Source: Candidatus Vogelbacteria bacterium RIFOXYD1_FULL_44_32 | GTDB taxonomy: Bacteria > Patescibacteriota > Minisyncoccia > Phycocordibacterales > XYD1-FULL-46-19 | Reading direction: 5' to 3' | Assembly: GCA_001823065.1 (NCBI GenBank) | Contig: MHTJ01000003.1 | Location: 9,844-73,843 of the forward strand | Length of the DNA: 64,000 nucleotides | Position numbers and translations under genes: made by a program | The notes under the pieces: model-generated | Told to the model about the DNA's origin: nothing | Database searches by the model: none | What the model saw: the letters and a program-made list of their open reading frames with translations, nothing else | Shown here: in pieces, positions 29,834 to 38,525 of the stretch | Numbering within the stretch: position 1 is the first letter of the stretch | Layout of the letters: the number at the start of each line of letters is the position of its first letter

Positions 29834-30520
29834 ATGCTTGTGTCTATGCATCAGCCGGACTATTTGCCTTGGTGTGGCTACTTCAATAAAATTGTCACAG
29901 CCGACGCCTTTATTTTTTTTGATACGGCCCACTTTTCTAAAGAAGGTTTTCATGAACGGAACAAAATAAAAACCGCAACCGGTTGGGCCTATTTGACTAT
30001 CCCCATGCCCCACGAGTCGGCCTTTAAACCACTCAAAGATGCAAAATTGCCGATCGACACTAGGTGGGCCAATAAGCATTGGCGGGCATTAATATCTTCC
30101 TATAATCGTACCCCTTATTTTAAAGAACATGCGCCCTATTTTGAAGATTTATATGCTAATGTTGGACGTTTTACCACTTTGGCAGATTTGAATATTGATA
30201 TTATTACTTATCTGTGCCAAGCTTTTGGTATCAAGACTATGTTTTCACGAGCCAGTGACTATCCCTTTGATTCGGGTTTAAAGTCTACTGAAGCCATTTT
30301 GGCCATTATTAAGCAAGCCGGGGCCACCGAATTTCTGGCCGGTCCCTCGGGCAAAAAATATCTCAATCAGCCCCGTTTTCCCGAGGAGGGAATTAAGCTA
30401 ATTTTTCAGGAATATCATGAACCCGAACATACTCAAAGGAAACAGCCGTTTGTGGCGGGCTTGTCGGCCGTTGACCTGCTTTTTAACGAAGGGCCACAAG
30501 CTATAAATTTTTTAAGATGA
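29834..30520 (+). CDS. WbqC-family protein
   Basis: The N-terminal MHQPDYLPWCGYFNKI is the WbqC-like signature. Confidence 0.75.
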   Translation: MLVSMHQPDYLPWCGYFNKIVTADAFIFFDTAHFSKEGFHERNKIKTATGWAYLTIPMPHESAFKPLKDAKLPIDTRWANKHWRALISSYNRTPYFKEHAPYFEDLYANVGRFTTLADLNIDIITYLCQAFGIKTMFSRASDYPFDSGLKSTEAILAIIKQAGATEFLAGPSGKKYLNQPRFPEEGIKLIFQEYHEPEHTQRKQPFVAGLSAVDLLFNEGPQAINFLR

Positions 30521-31188
30521 TTCGTTTAGCTATCAGACAATATATTTATCGGCATCACTCACTTGTACGTAGGTTGTTGGGTTTGTTTATCCGTTTGCAT
30601 AATTACAGTTACAAAAAAATCACCGAATACTCCACAATTTTAAACGACGGTTTCAATCCGAAATACCAGATCACTCGCTATCATGATTTTTTCAGTGAGC
30701 GTGTTGCCCCGGGTGAGAGAGTGTTGGATATCGGCTGTGGGGTGGGTTTTTTGGCCAATCGTTTGGCGGATAAAGCGGGGAAAGTCATTGGTATTGATAT
30801 TTCGGCGCGCAACATTGCTCGTGCCCAAGCTGACTACCAACAAGACAATTTGGAATTTATCTTAGGCGATGCCACAACCTACAATTTGGCCGGCCGTTTC
30901 GACAAATTGGTTTTATCAAACGTCCTCGAACATATTGCCGACCGCGTCGCTTTATTGCAAAAAATCGGCCGGTTGGGCGACACTTTGCTTCTGCGGGTGC
31001 CCATGATTACACGTGATTGGACCGCTGCCTACAAGCGCGACCATGGCTACCCCTACAAGCTCGACGATACTCACGAAACAGAGTTTACCCTTGAACAAAT
31101 AAAGGAGGAAACTGCTCTGGCCGGTTGGCGCGTGGAATCTTATCAAGTAAATTGGGGGGAGTTTTGGGGTGTATTAAAGCGGGACTAA
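30517..31188 (+). CDS. class I SAM-dependent methyltransferase
   Basis: Motif I VLDIGCGVGFLANRL. Confidence 0.75.
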   Translation: MIRLAIRQYIYRHHSLVRRLLGLFIRLHNYSYKKITEYSTILNDGFNPKYQITRYHDFFSERVAPGERVLDIGCGVGFLANRLADKAGKVIGIDISARNIARAQADYQQDNLEFILGDATTYNLAGRFDKLVLSNVLEHIADRVALLQKIGRLGDTLLLRVPMITRDWTAAYKRDHGYPYKLDDTHETEFTLEQIKEETALAGWRVESYQVNWGEFWGVLKRD

Positions 31189-31195
31189 TTCTATT

Positions 31196-31990
31196 ATGAC
31201 CAAACTTTCTTTTGCCGCTTATCGAGAAAAAGTGCATACGACCAAATCCGCGCGCATGGAGGTGGATACTATTTATTGGCTGGAGCGACATATCTCGGTT
31301 TGGTTGTCGTATATTTTAATCCGTCTTTGGCCTCAAATTTTACCAACCTATGTTTCTGTGGCCAATGTTTTATTAGTGCTCTTGGTGCTGGTGCTAAATC
31401 TTGGTAAACCCACTGGTTCAATTATTGGGCTGACTTTGGTTCAGTTGTTTTTATTGCGTCTAGCCACTATTGGCGATAAGGTTGACGGGGAAATTGCTCG
31501 TTATCGCGCTTATTTTACTCAGGCGGGTATTTATTTTGATTTAGCTTTTCATTTTTTTTATCCTTTTGTTTTTATTTTTTCGATTGGCTATACCTTTTCA
31601 CTTATTCTCAACAACCCACCACTGACCATTGCTGTGGTAGTGGTAGCCATTCTGATGGTCCACTATCGTCTCTTAGGTAAATTACGTCATCATATTCGTT
31701 TCAAGATCCAACTTGAAAATCACGGGGGAGTCTTGCGTGACTATCGGGAAAAAAATATCCGCTCAGTTGCTTGGCCAGCTAGTTTTCGCTTCATCCGCTA
31801 TCTTCTCTTTTTTATTTATGACTGGACTTGGTTTTTCTATTTACTCCTTATTTTAGGCTTAACTTTTAGTCCATACGCCATGGCGGTTATTTACTGCTTT
31901 TATTTGGCTGTGCTGGCTTTTGCTCTTCTCTTGCAAATATTCGTTATTTATCCTAAACATTATTTGTTTAGTGTTGATGATTTTTCTTAA
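31196..31990 (+). CDS. membrane protein, possible CDP-alcohol phosphatidyltransferase family
   Basis: Multi-TM protein with a D-G-x2-A-R...G...D...D-like motif (DKVDGEIARYRAYFTQAGIYFDLAFH). Confidence 0.45.
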   Translation: MTKLSFAAYREKVHTTKSARMEVDTIYWLERHISVWLSYILIRLWPQILPTYVSVANVLLVLLVLVLNLGKPTGSIIGLTLVQLFLLRLATIGDKVDGEIARYRAYFTQAGIYFDLAFHFFYPFVFIFSIGYTFSLILNNPPLTIAVVVVAILMVHYRLLGKLRHHIRFKIQLENHGGVLRDYREKNIRSVAWPASFRFIRYLLFFIYDWTWFFYLLLILGLTFSPYAMAVIYCFYLAVLAFALLLQIFVIYPKHYLFSVDDFS

Positions 31991-32080
31991 TTTTTTGCCA
32001 ACAGTAAAGGTTGGGTATTCTTTAGCTGTTTTTAGGGTTAACTTGGCAATGACTGATTATCGGGTTATGATATTCGCAAT

Positions 32081-34288
32081 ATGAAAAAACTATATGGTGA
32101 GGAGTTTTTGGCCCCAGTCCTAATTTTTGGCTTGTTTTTAGTGCCCTTTTTGGTCTTATTTGTTCCATCATCATTCTTTTTTCCTTATATTGCCGGCAAA
32201 GCCTTTGCGTTCCGACTGATTGTGGAAATTATCACGGCTGGCTGGCTAGTACTCGCGGTTCAAAGTCCAAAATACCGTCCCCACCGTTCTTATATTTTAC
32301 TCGCCGCCACTATTTTTATTGTCGTTCTGGGGGTGGCCATGGTGGCGGGCGAAAATCCGTATCGCAGTTTTTGGAGCAACTTTGAACGGATGGAAGGACT
32401 AGTGACCCACCTTCATCTTTTCTTTTATTTTTTAGTGGCTACTTCGGTTTTGCAGACTAAAGCTATTTGGCACCGCCTATTCCTAACCAATGTGGTGGCC
32501 AGTATTTTGGTCGGTGTGTATGGTTTTTTTCAACTGGTGGGAGCGATACCGATTAGACAAGGTGGGGGTCGTCTTGATTCAACCTTGGGTAATGCCGCTT
32601 ATCTAGGAACTTATATGTTTTTTTTGTTTTTTGTCACGTTGTATTTATTAATCAATGATTGGCAAAATCGCAGTTGGCGTTATTTCTATCTAGGAGCGAT
32701 GTTGTTGCAGACAATTATCCTTTACGAAACCGCCACCAGAGGCGCTATTCTTGGTTTTATTTTTGGCCTGCTCCTGGCGGCGGGTCTGGGGGCCTGGTCG
32801 GAGCGGAAAAATATTTTTGTCCGCAATATTGCCCTCGGCACCTTAGTCGGACTCGCCCTACTAGCTGGCGGTGTTTGGTTGGCCCGCGATTCTGCTTTTA
32901 TTAAAGGTAATCCAGTGTTGTCTCGTTTTGCCTCTATGTCTTTAACTGAAGGGACAGTCAAATCTCGGTTTATGATTTGGAATATTTCTTGGCAGGGGGT
33001 CAAAGAGCGACCAATTCTGGGCTGGGGTCAAGATAATTTCCAATTTGTGTTTACCAAGTATTATAATCCGCAGATGTATGCCCAGGAGCCGTGGTTTGAT
33101 CGCTCGCATAATGTTTTTCTCGATTGGTTGGTGGCGGCGGGGGTGGTGGGACTGGGCGCTTATCTATATTTATTTTTTAGTGCCACTTATGTCTTGATTA
33201 GGCCTAAAAATAAAATATTTAGCTCGGCCGAAAGAATAATTTTACTTGGTTTGTTGGGGGGCTATTTTCTCCAAAATTTGGTTATTTTTGATAATCTCAT
33301 TAGTTACGTTTTGTTCTTTAGTCTTATCGCTTATATTCATGTTCGTTCCGCTGAGCATAATAAAAATATTATGCCGTATGAGTTGGATCGTGAATCAATG
33401 GTTAAATATGCACCGGCGGTTGGAGCGGTGGCAGTAGTGTTGTTTGGCCTAGTTTCATTTTTGGTGGTGGTTCGTCCGGTTTTAGCATCGTCTAGTTTAA
33501 TCAATGCTCTGCGGGCCACTGGCCAGGGTGACTTAAAAACTGCCACTGAGTCATTTGCCCAGGTCTATCGTTATCATACTTTTGCGGATCGGGAGACGTC
33601 TGAACAAGCCACTTCGGCTTTGACTAGTGCCATTGTTTATCGCAATCCTGATACGGCTAGTATCACTCAATTAAGTGCAGTGGCTGAAGCGGGGCTAAAA
33701 AAACAATTAATTTCGGCTCCCAAAGATGTCCGGTTGCACATTTTTTATTCCGAATTGTTGCAATTGACCAATCGTCCACAGGAGGCTCTAGCTGAACTTG
33801 AGCTGGCTCGCACTTATTCCCCCAAAAAACAAGATATTTTGTATCGGTTGGCTTACTTTTCAGCTAGCAATGGTAACTTGAAAGAAGCTTTACGCTATGC
33901 CCGAGAATCTTATGAATTACTGCCGGCCAATGACCAAGCGGCCAAGATGTATGGTTTGATGGCTATTCAGACGGGTGATCAGGCATTAGCCAAAACCATC
34001 CTATTGCCTCGCTTTGGCACTTTAGCTGTCGATGATGATAATTTTATTAATTATTATTCCAAAATAAAACGTTATGATTTGGTCGCCGCCATCTGGGGCC
34101 AAAGAACCAAAAATAGTCCCAATGATATTAATGCTTGGACTAAATATGCCATGTCTTTATATGCTATTGGAGAGCGGGCCGAAGCGGTCAGTGTTTTAGA
34201 ACAAGCTATAGTTGTTAATCCACAATTCAAGACCGAAGCAGACAAAATTATCGAAATTATTAAAGCGGGCCGAGCGGAGGTTGGTTAA
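32081..34288 (+). CDS. O-antigen ligase (Wzy_C) family membrane protein with C-terminal TPR repeat domain
   Basis: About 12 TM helices, the O-antigen-ligase signature loop (SHNVFLDWLVAAGVVGL), and a C-terminal ~250 aa of TPR-like repeats. Confidence 0.75.
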   Translation: MKKLYGEEFLAPVLIFGLFLVPFLVLFVPSSFFFPYIAGKAFAFRLIVEIITAGWLVLAVQSPKYRPHRSYILLAATIFIVVLGVAMVAGENPYRSFWSNFERMEGLVTHLHLFFYFLVATSVLQTKAIWHRLFLTNVVASILVGVYGFFQLVGAIPIRQGGGRLDSTLGNAAYLGTYMFFLFFVTLYLLINDWQNRSWRYFYLGAMLLQTIILYETATRGAILGFIFGLLLAAGLGAWSERKNIFVRNIALGTLVGLALLAGGVWLARDSAFIKGNPVLSRFASMSLTEGTVKSRFMIWNISWQGVKERPILGWGQDNFQFVFTKYYNPQMYAQEPWFDRSHNVFLDWLVAAGVVGLGAYLYLFFSATYVLIRPKNKIFSSAERIILLGLLGGYFLQNLVIFDNLISYVLFFSLIAYIHVRSAEHNKNIMPYELDRESMVKYAPAVGAVAVVLFGLVSFLVVVRPVLASSSLINALRATGQGDLKTATESFAQVYRYHTFADRETSEQATSALTSAIVYRNPDTASITQLSAVAEAGLKKQLISAPKDVRLHIFYSELLQLTNRPQEALAELELARTYSPKKQDILYRLAYFSASNGNLKEALRYARESYELLPANDQAAKMYGLMAIQTGDQALAKTILLPRFGTLAVDDDNFINYYSKIKRYDLVAAIWGQRTKNSPNDINAWTKYAMSLYAIGERAEAVSVLEQAIVVNPQFKTEADKIIEIIKAGRAEVG

Positions 34289-34430
34289 CCGAGCCGAGCA
34301 CTAATGATTTAAATGGTGCTCGGGTGCTCAACCCAGTTGACTTTTATTGCTTAATTTGCTAGACTGGAAGGGTGAGTGTTGTAATCTAATTCTAGGTTGC
34401 GACTCTAAGTGCAATTTAAATGTCTTACAT

Positions 34431-34452
34431 AAAAACCCCTTCGGGGGTTTTT
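34431..34452. terminator. intrinsic terminator hairpin (AAAAACCCC-TTCG-GGGGTTTTT), bidirectional
   Basis: A perfect 9-bp stem with a tetraloop, flanked by an A-run and a T-run. Confidence 0.6.
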
Positions 34453-34607
34453 ATGTTCGTAAATATTGCATTTAGGTGTAGTTGCTATATCATAAAGTAG
34501 TGGGTTGCCGGTACAAGTGGCCGGCGGCTGCACTCACATTAAGACATTTAGCCTTTGGAGTTCCGCCCCGCCGGCCTCTTGTGCCCACTGGGCAACCAAA
34601 CTAAACT
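34453..34607 (+). ncRNA. candidate small structured RNA bounded by two intrinsic terminators (strand uncertain)
   Basis: A ~155-nt GC-richer non-coding segment with several hairpins (GCCGG-N9-CCGGC; GTGGGTTGCC/GGCAACC; AATGTCTTA/TAAGACATT) sits between terminators at 34431-34452 and 34608-34645. No known RNA family was recognised by eye. Confidence 0.3.
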
Positions 34608-34645
34608 AAAAGTGCGACCGCCTTCGGCGGTCGCACTTTTAGTTT
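34608..34645. terminator. strong intrinsic terminator (AAAAGTGCGACCGCC-TTCG-GGCGGTCGCACTTTT)
   Basis: A 15-bp perfect stem with a tetraloop, flanked by A and T runs. Confidence 0.7.
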
Positions 34646-34776
34646 CTAAATAGTATAAATATTTTTTAACCCTGTTATATTTTTTAGATCAAATTATAAA
34701 ATTATTTTTAAAATTAATTAAAATTAAAATAAAAATTTAAAAATAATTAAATATAAAAAGTTTTTAAATTTTTTAG

Positions 34777-34785
34777 TTATCCACA
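34777..34785 (+). promoter_or_regulatory. perfect DnaA box TTATCCACA inside a ~280-bp extremely AT-rich region (34650-34930)
   Basis: An exact match to the 9-mer consensus, followed by a degenerate box TGTGGTAAA. The surrounding A/T tracts resemble a DNA unwinding element. Confidence 0.35.
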
Positions 34786-34933
34786 TTTTTGTGGTAAAAA
34801 ATATTGTGAGCAAGACATATTTGCTTGATAATGTAATTAACAGTTTGTAACAACAAAATTTTTCATCGACAAAATTTCCTAACAAAGGTCGAAGGTTGTT
34901 ACAAAAACTTTTAAAAATAATTTTTTCTAAACC

Positions 34934-35044
34934 ATGGCTAAGAAGAAAAAAGCTGCCAAGAAAAGCGCAAAGAAGCGCCCAGCAGCAAAAAAGAAGGCAA
35001 CCAAAAAGACTGCCAAGCGCCGCACTGCAAAGCGCCGCAAATAG
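34934..35044 (+). CDS. 36-aa Lys/Ala-rich highly basic small protein (histone H1-like / nucleoid-associated), absent from the ORF track
   Basis: The sequence is MAKKKKAAKKSAKKRPAAKKKATKKTAKRRTAKRRK. The stop sits 12 nt before a strong terminator and an AT-rich promoter-like region lies upstream. Confidence 0.5.
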   Translation: MAKKKKAAKKSAKKRPAAKKKATKKTAKRRTAKRRK

Positions 35045-35055
35045 TCTTTACCAAA

Positions 35056-35087
35056 CACCCCGCAAGCGAAGCTTGCGGGGTGTTTTG
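35056..35087 (+). terminator. intrinsic terminator (CACCCCGCAAGC-GAA-GCTTGCGGGGTG + TTTTG)
   Basis: A 12-bp stem with a 3-nt loop and a T-run, immediately after the small basic ORF. Confidence 0.7.
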
Positions 35088-35128
35088 AGTTAGATTTGAT
35101 TTAGATTTCATTACTAAAAATTACAGTT

Positions 35129-35155
35129 TTCAAACCGCCCATTTTATGCTAAAAT
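35129..35155 (+). promoter_or_regulatory. candidate secA promoter (TTCAAA -35; extended -10 TGcTAAAAT)
   Basis: Lies 26 nt upstream of the secA ATG. The spacer is ~15 nt, slightly short. Confidence 0.3.
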
Positions 35156-35180
35156 ACAACTTTCTCCTAAGTGTAAAATA

Positions 35181-37691
35181 ATGAGTATTTTCAAGGCCAT
35201 ATTTGGTGACAGTGACGCCCGTGAGGTCAAAGCTATCCAGCCCGTGATTACTAAAATCAATGCGTTGGAAGCGACTTTTGCGGTCCTGTCGCCCGAAGAA
35301 TTAAAAAATAAGACTGCCGAGTTTAAACAGCGCGTCGCTGCTGGAGAAACTCTCGAACAAATTTTACCCGAAGCTTTTGCAGCGGTACGCGAAGCTTCAA
35401 AGCGGACTTTAGGCCAGCGCCATTTTGATGTGCAGTTGGTGGGCGGAGTGGTGCTGGCTCGGGGTGGTATTGCCGAAATGCGCACTGGTGAAGGAAAAAC
35501 TTTAGTGGCGACCGCACCGGTTTATTTACATGCTTTAACAGGTAAGGGGGCGCATGTGGTGACGGTCAACGATTATTTGGCGCGTCGTGATGCCGCGTGG
35601 ATGGGACAAATTTATAACGCCCTTGGTTTTTCGGTGGGGATTGTCAATCAACATGAGAGTTTTCTTTATGACCCCACTCATATTGAAAAAGATCACGAAC
35701 GTGATGATGTTGCTTCTTATAAAGTCGTTTATGAATTTTTAAAACCTTGCGCTCGTCGTGATGCCTACTATGCTGACATTACTTACGGCACCAACAATGC
35801 TTTTGGTTTTGATTATTTACGTGACTATTTGGCGCACAGTGACCAGCAGTTGTCGCAACGGCGAGCCAAAGACGAGCGTCACCACTTTGCGATTGTGGAC
35901 GAGGTGGATTCAATTTTAATCGACGAATCGCGCACCCCACTTATTATTGCTGGTCCCGCCGCCGAAGCGGAAAATCTTTATGGCACTTTTGCTAGTCTGG
36001 TGGCTAGTTTTAAAGAAGATGAAGATTACACCGCTGACCATAAATTTCACGCGATCACGGTCACTGAGCGTGGTATCGAAAAAACCGAGCAAGCGCTAAA
36101 GGTGGATAATATTTATACTGACAAGGGTATCAAATATGTTCATCATTTGGAAACAGCTATTCGGGCCAAGGCCCTCTACGAACGGGACAAGGCCTATGTG
36201 GTGAAAGATGGCGAGGTTATTATTGTCGATGAATTTACGGGGCGTCTTCAACCAGGGCGACGCTGGTCCGAGGGTTTACATCAGGCCGTCGAGGCCAAAG
36301 AGGGGGTGGCTATAAAAGAGGAGTCGCGCACTTATGGTTCCGTGACACTCCAAAACTATTTTCGCTTGTATCAAAAAATAGCGGGGATGACTGGGACGGC
36401 CAAAACCTCGGCCGAAGAATTTGAAAAAGTTTATGGTCTCGATGTTATTTCTATTCCCACCAACCAAACCCCAACCCGTCTCGACCATCCTGATTTTATT
36501 TTTCAAACCGAAACGGGCAAATTTAAAGCGATTGCGAAAAGGGTGCGCGATCTGTACGATAAGGGCCAGCCGGTCTTGATCGGTACGGTATCAATTGAAA
36601 AAAATGAATTATTGTCAGCTTATCTGAAAAAAGAGGGAATACCACACGAAATATTAAATGCTAAAAATCATGAGCGAGAAGGGGAAATTATTGCCGCCGC
36701 GGGCAAGAAAAAGGGGGTAGTCATTGCCACCAATATGGCTGGGCGCGGAGTGGATATTAAGCTGGGGGGGATTTCGGCCACCGCCGAAGAAATGGCCGAG
36801 GTTAAAAATCTCGGTGGTTTGTTTGTGCTCGGTACCGAGCGTCACGAAGCCCGCCGGATCGACAACCAGCTCCGCGGGCGCTCGGGGCGCCAAGGTGACC
36901 CAGGGGCGACCCAGTTTTATATTTCCCTCGAAGACTCGCTGATGAAAGTTTTTGCTTCGGACCGTGTCAAAAATATGATGGGGCGTTTTGGTATACCCGA
37001 AGACGAGCCCATTCAAAATAGTATTGTGTCGCGAGCAATTGAAAGCGCCCAGTCACGGATTGAAGGGATGAACTTTGATACCCGTAAACATCTGTTGGAA
37101 TATGATGATGTGGTCAATTTTCAACGCGTGACCATGTATGGCCGGCGCGAAGATGTGCTTTTGGGAGGTAATGCTGAAATTGCCGATTTTCTGGAGCGGG
37201 CCACGATTGAGCTTGGCCTCTCGGTCGAGGAACAGCGCGCGGTGAGCGACCAATTTACCTCGAAGGTGGCTTCACTTGGTCAGGAATATGTCGGAGCAGT
37301 CCGCGAGCTTATTTTGCAGGTGATTGATATGTATTGGATGCAACACCTCGAAGCGGTGGAATATATGAAAGGGTCGGTGCGCTTGCGCGCCTATGGTCAA
37401 CGCGACCCACTGGTGGAGTTTAAGCGTGAGGGTTTGAAAATGTTTAAGGATTTAGAAGCGTCCATTTTTTCGGATGTTATTCGTTTATTTCCCAATGTGG
37501 GCACCGATTTGAAACCACCCGAAGTAGTAAATTTACAGGAAGTCCATACCGATATTACCGCTTTACCAGGCACCGACCCAATTAATGCTGGCGATGTTCC
37601 CACTCCAACCACTAGTGAGCCAAAAATCGGTCGCAATGACCCTTGCCCGTGTGGCTCGGGTAAAAAATATAAAAAGTGTCATGGGCAGTAA
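35181..37691 (+). CDS. secA: preprotein translocase ATPase SecA
   Basis: Walker [16 protein letters not shown]-like motor motifs, N-terminus [17 protein letters not shown], and the C-terminal zinc finger [14 protein letters not shown]. Confidence 0.95.
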   Translation: MSIFKAIFGDSDAREVKAIQPVITKINALEATFAVLSPEELKNKTAEFKQRVAAGETLEQILPEAFAAVREASKRTLGQRHFDVQLVGGVVLARGGIAEMRTGEGKTLVATAPVYLHALTGKGAHVVTVNDYLARRDAAWMGQIYNALGFSVGIVNQHESFLYDPTHIEKDHERDDVASYKVVYEFLKPCARRDAYYADITYGTNNAFGFDYLRDYLAHSDQQLSQRRAKDERHHFAIVDEVDSILIDESRTPLIIAGPAAEAENLYGTFASLVASFKEDEDYTADHKFHAITVTERGIEKTEQALKVDNIYTDKGIKYVHHLETAIRAKALYERDKAYVVKDGEVIIVDEFTGRLQPGRRWSEGLHQAVEAKEGVAIKEESRTYGSVTLQNYFRLYQKIAGMTGTAKTSAEEFEKVYGLDVISIPTNQTPTRLDHPDFIFQTETGKFKAIAKRVRDLYDKGQPVLIGTVSIEKNELLSAYLKKEGIPHEILNAKNHEREGEIIAAAGKKKGVVIATNMAGRGVDIKLGGISATAEEMAEVKNLGGLFVLGTERHEARRIDNQLRGRSGRQGDPGATQFYISLEDSLMKVFASDRVKNMMGRFGIPEDEPIQNSIVSRAIESAQSRIEGMNFDTRKHLLEYDDVVNFQRVTMYGRREDVLLGGNAEIADFLERATIELGLSVEEQRAVSDQFTSKVASLGQEYVGAVRELILQVIDMYWMQHLEAVEYMKGSVRLRAYGQRDPLVEFKREGLKMFKDLEASIFSDVIRLFPNVGTDLKPPEVVNLQEVHTDITALPGTDPINAGDVPTPTTSEPKIGRNDPCPCGSGKKYKKCHGQ

Positions 37692-37713
37692 AAATTAGTG
37701 TTATAATTAAAAT

Positions 37714-38241
37714 ATGTTAAGGATCAAGATACATTTCTTGTTAAATATAGCTTTATTTTCTTTGTTGATTTTGGCTTCGGTTGCAATAATGTTTTATACG
37801 CAAGATTCGCGTAATCCATTAAGGTTTAGTGATGGCCAACAGTGGGGTTTTATTGCCGTTTTGGTTTGGTTTTTACTATTTTGGATTTTTGGTTTAGTAA
37901 CTTCTAATTTAAATAGCCCCTGGTTTAGGGTCTCTCATATTCTTAATTATACAGTGGGGCTGATTTCTCTTTTTATTGCATATAGAACCGTACCAACAGC
38001 TTCTCATCTAGAGTCGTTAAGAGGAGCTAGTCCGGGGATCTTTCCGGTCGAGTTTTTAATCTTAGGTATTGGCGGAATTTTGGCGGTGATTTCTCTAATT
38101 TTTCTGGCCAGTGGAATTTTGGTAACGCAGAAAAATGGCCGAACCAAATGGTCCTACTTTTGGTTTTTCTTTCTGCTATTTTTACCTGTAATCTTATATT
38201 TATCTCAGATTCCACTAGGGTATATTTATAATCTTTTATAG
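37714..38241 (+). CDS. hypothetical integral membrane protein (5-6 TM)
   Basis: The ORF is hydrophobic throughout and is followed by a terminator at 38338-38366. Confidence 0.5.
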   Translation: MLRIKIHFLLNIALFSLLILASVAIMFYTQDSRNPLRFSDGQQWGFIAVLVWFLLFWIFGLVTSNLNSPWFRVSHILNYTVGLISLFIAYRTVPTASHLESLRGASPGIFPVEFLILGIGGILAVISLIFLASGILVTQKNGRTKWSYFWFFFLLFLPVILYLSQIPLGYIYNLL

Positions 38242-38337
38242 ACCATTCTTTTAAAAATCACCCTATGTGGTGAGTAAAATATAATAAAAAGTGCTTGTTA
38301 TAAGTCAGTAAAAAATAAAAAAGTAATAAATCATATC

Positions 38338-38366
38338 AAAAAATCGCGCCCGGCGCGATTTTTTGT
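38338..38366 (+). terminator. intrinsic terminator (AAAAATCGCGCC/GGCGCGATTTTTT)
   Basis: A GC palindrome hairpin followed by T6. Confidence 0.6.
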
Positions 38367-38374
38367 GTGGATAA
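38366..38374 (-). promoter_or_regulatory. perfect DnaA box (TGTGGATAA, = TTATCCACA on the minus strand)
   Basis: An exact 9-mer. It is paired with an inverted copy at 38455-38463 flanking a 45-nt palindrome. Confidence 0.35.
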
Positions 38375-38407
38375 CTTTTAAAATATAATTCAAAAAAATA
38401 TCATAAT

Positions 38408-38452
38408 CCCCACCAAAAATACACCATAATTTATGGTGTATTTTTGGTGGGG
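38408..38452. promoter_or_regulatory. 45-nt perfect palindrome (22-bp arms, CCCCACCAAAAATACACCATAA-T-TTATGGTGTATTTTTGGTGGGG) upstream of the giant protein gene
   Basis: Read directly from the sequence. It lies 74 nt upstream of the 38526 start. Confidence 0.6.
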
Positions 38453-38454
38453 AT

Positions 38455-38463
38455 TTATCCACA
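38455..38463 (+). promoter_or_regulatory. perfect DnaA box TTATCCACA
   Basis: An exact 9-mer adjacent to the palindrome. Confidence 0.35.
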
Positions 38464-38525
38464 AAATCGCCTTTATTTTCAATAATAAATAACGCAAAAA
38501 ATGATAGAATAAGAGTAATTAAATA

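Noticed and set aside
34294-34323. Hairpin (CCGAGCAC...GTGCTCGG) right after the ligase stop, considered as a terminator
   Set aside because: It has a long 14-nt loop and no downstream U-tract. The true terminators are the two A/T-flanked hairpins further downstream.
34896-35093. 65-aa ORF from the track in the small basic protein region
   Set aside because: It is an alternative frame of the same Lys-codon run and would translate through the intrinsic terminator hairpin. The 36-aa frame ending just before the terminator is preferred.
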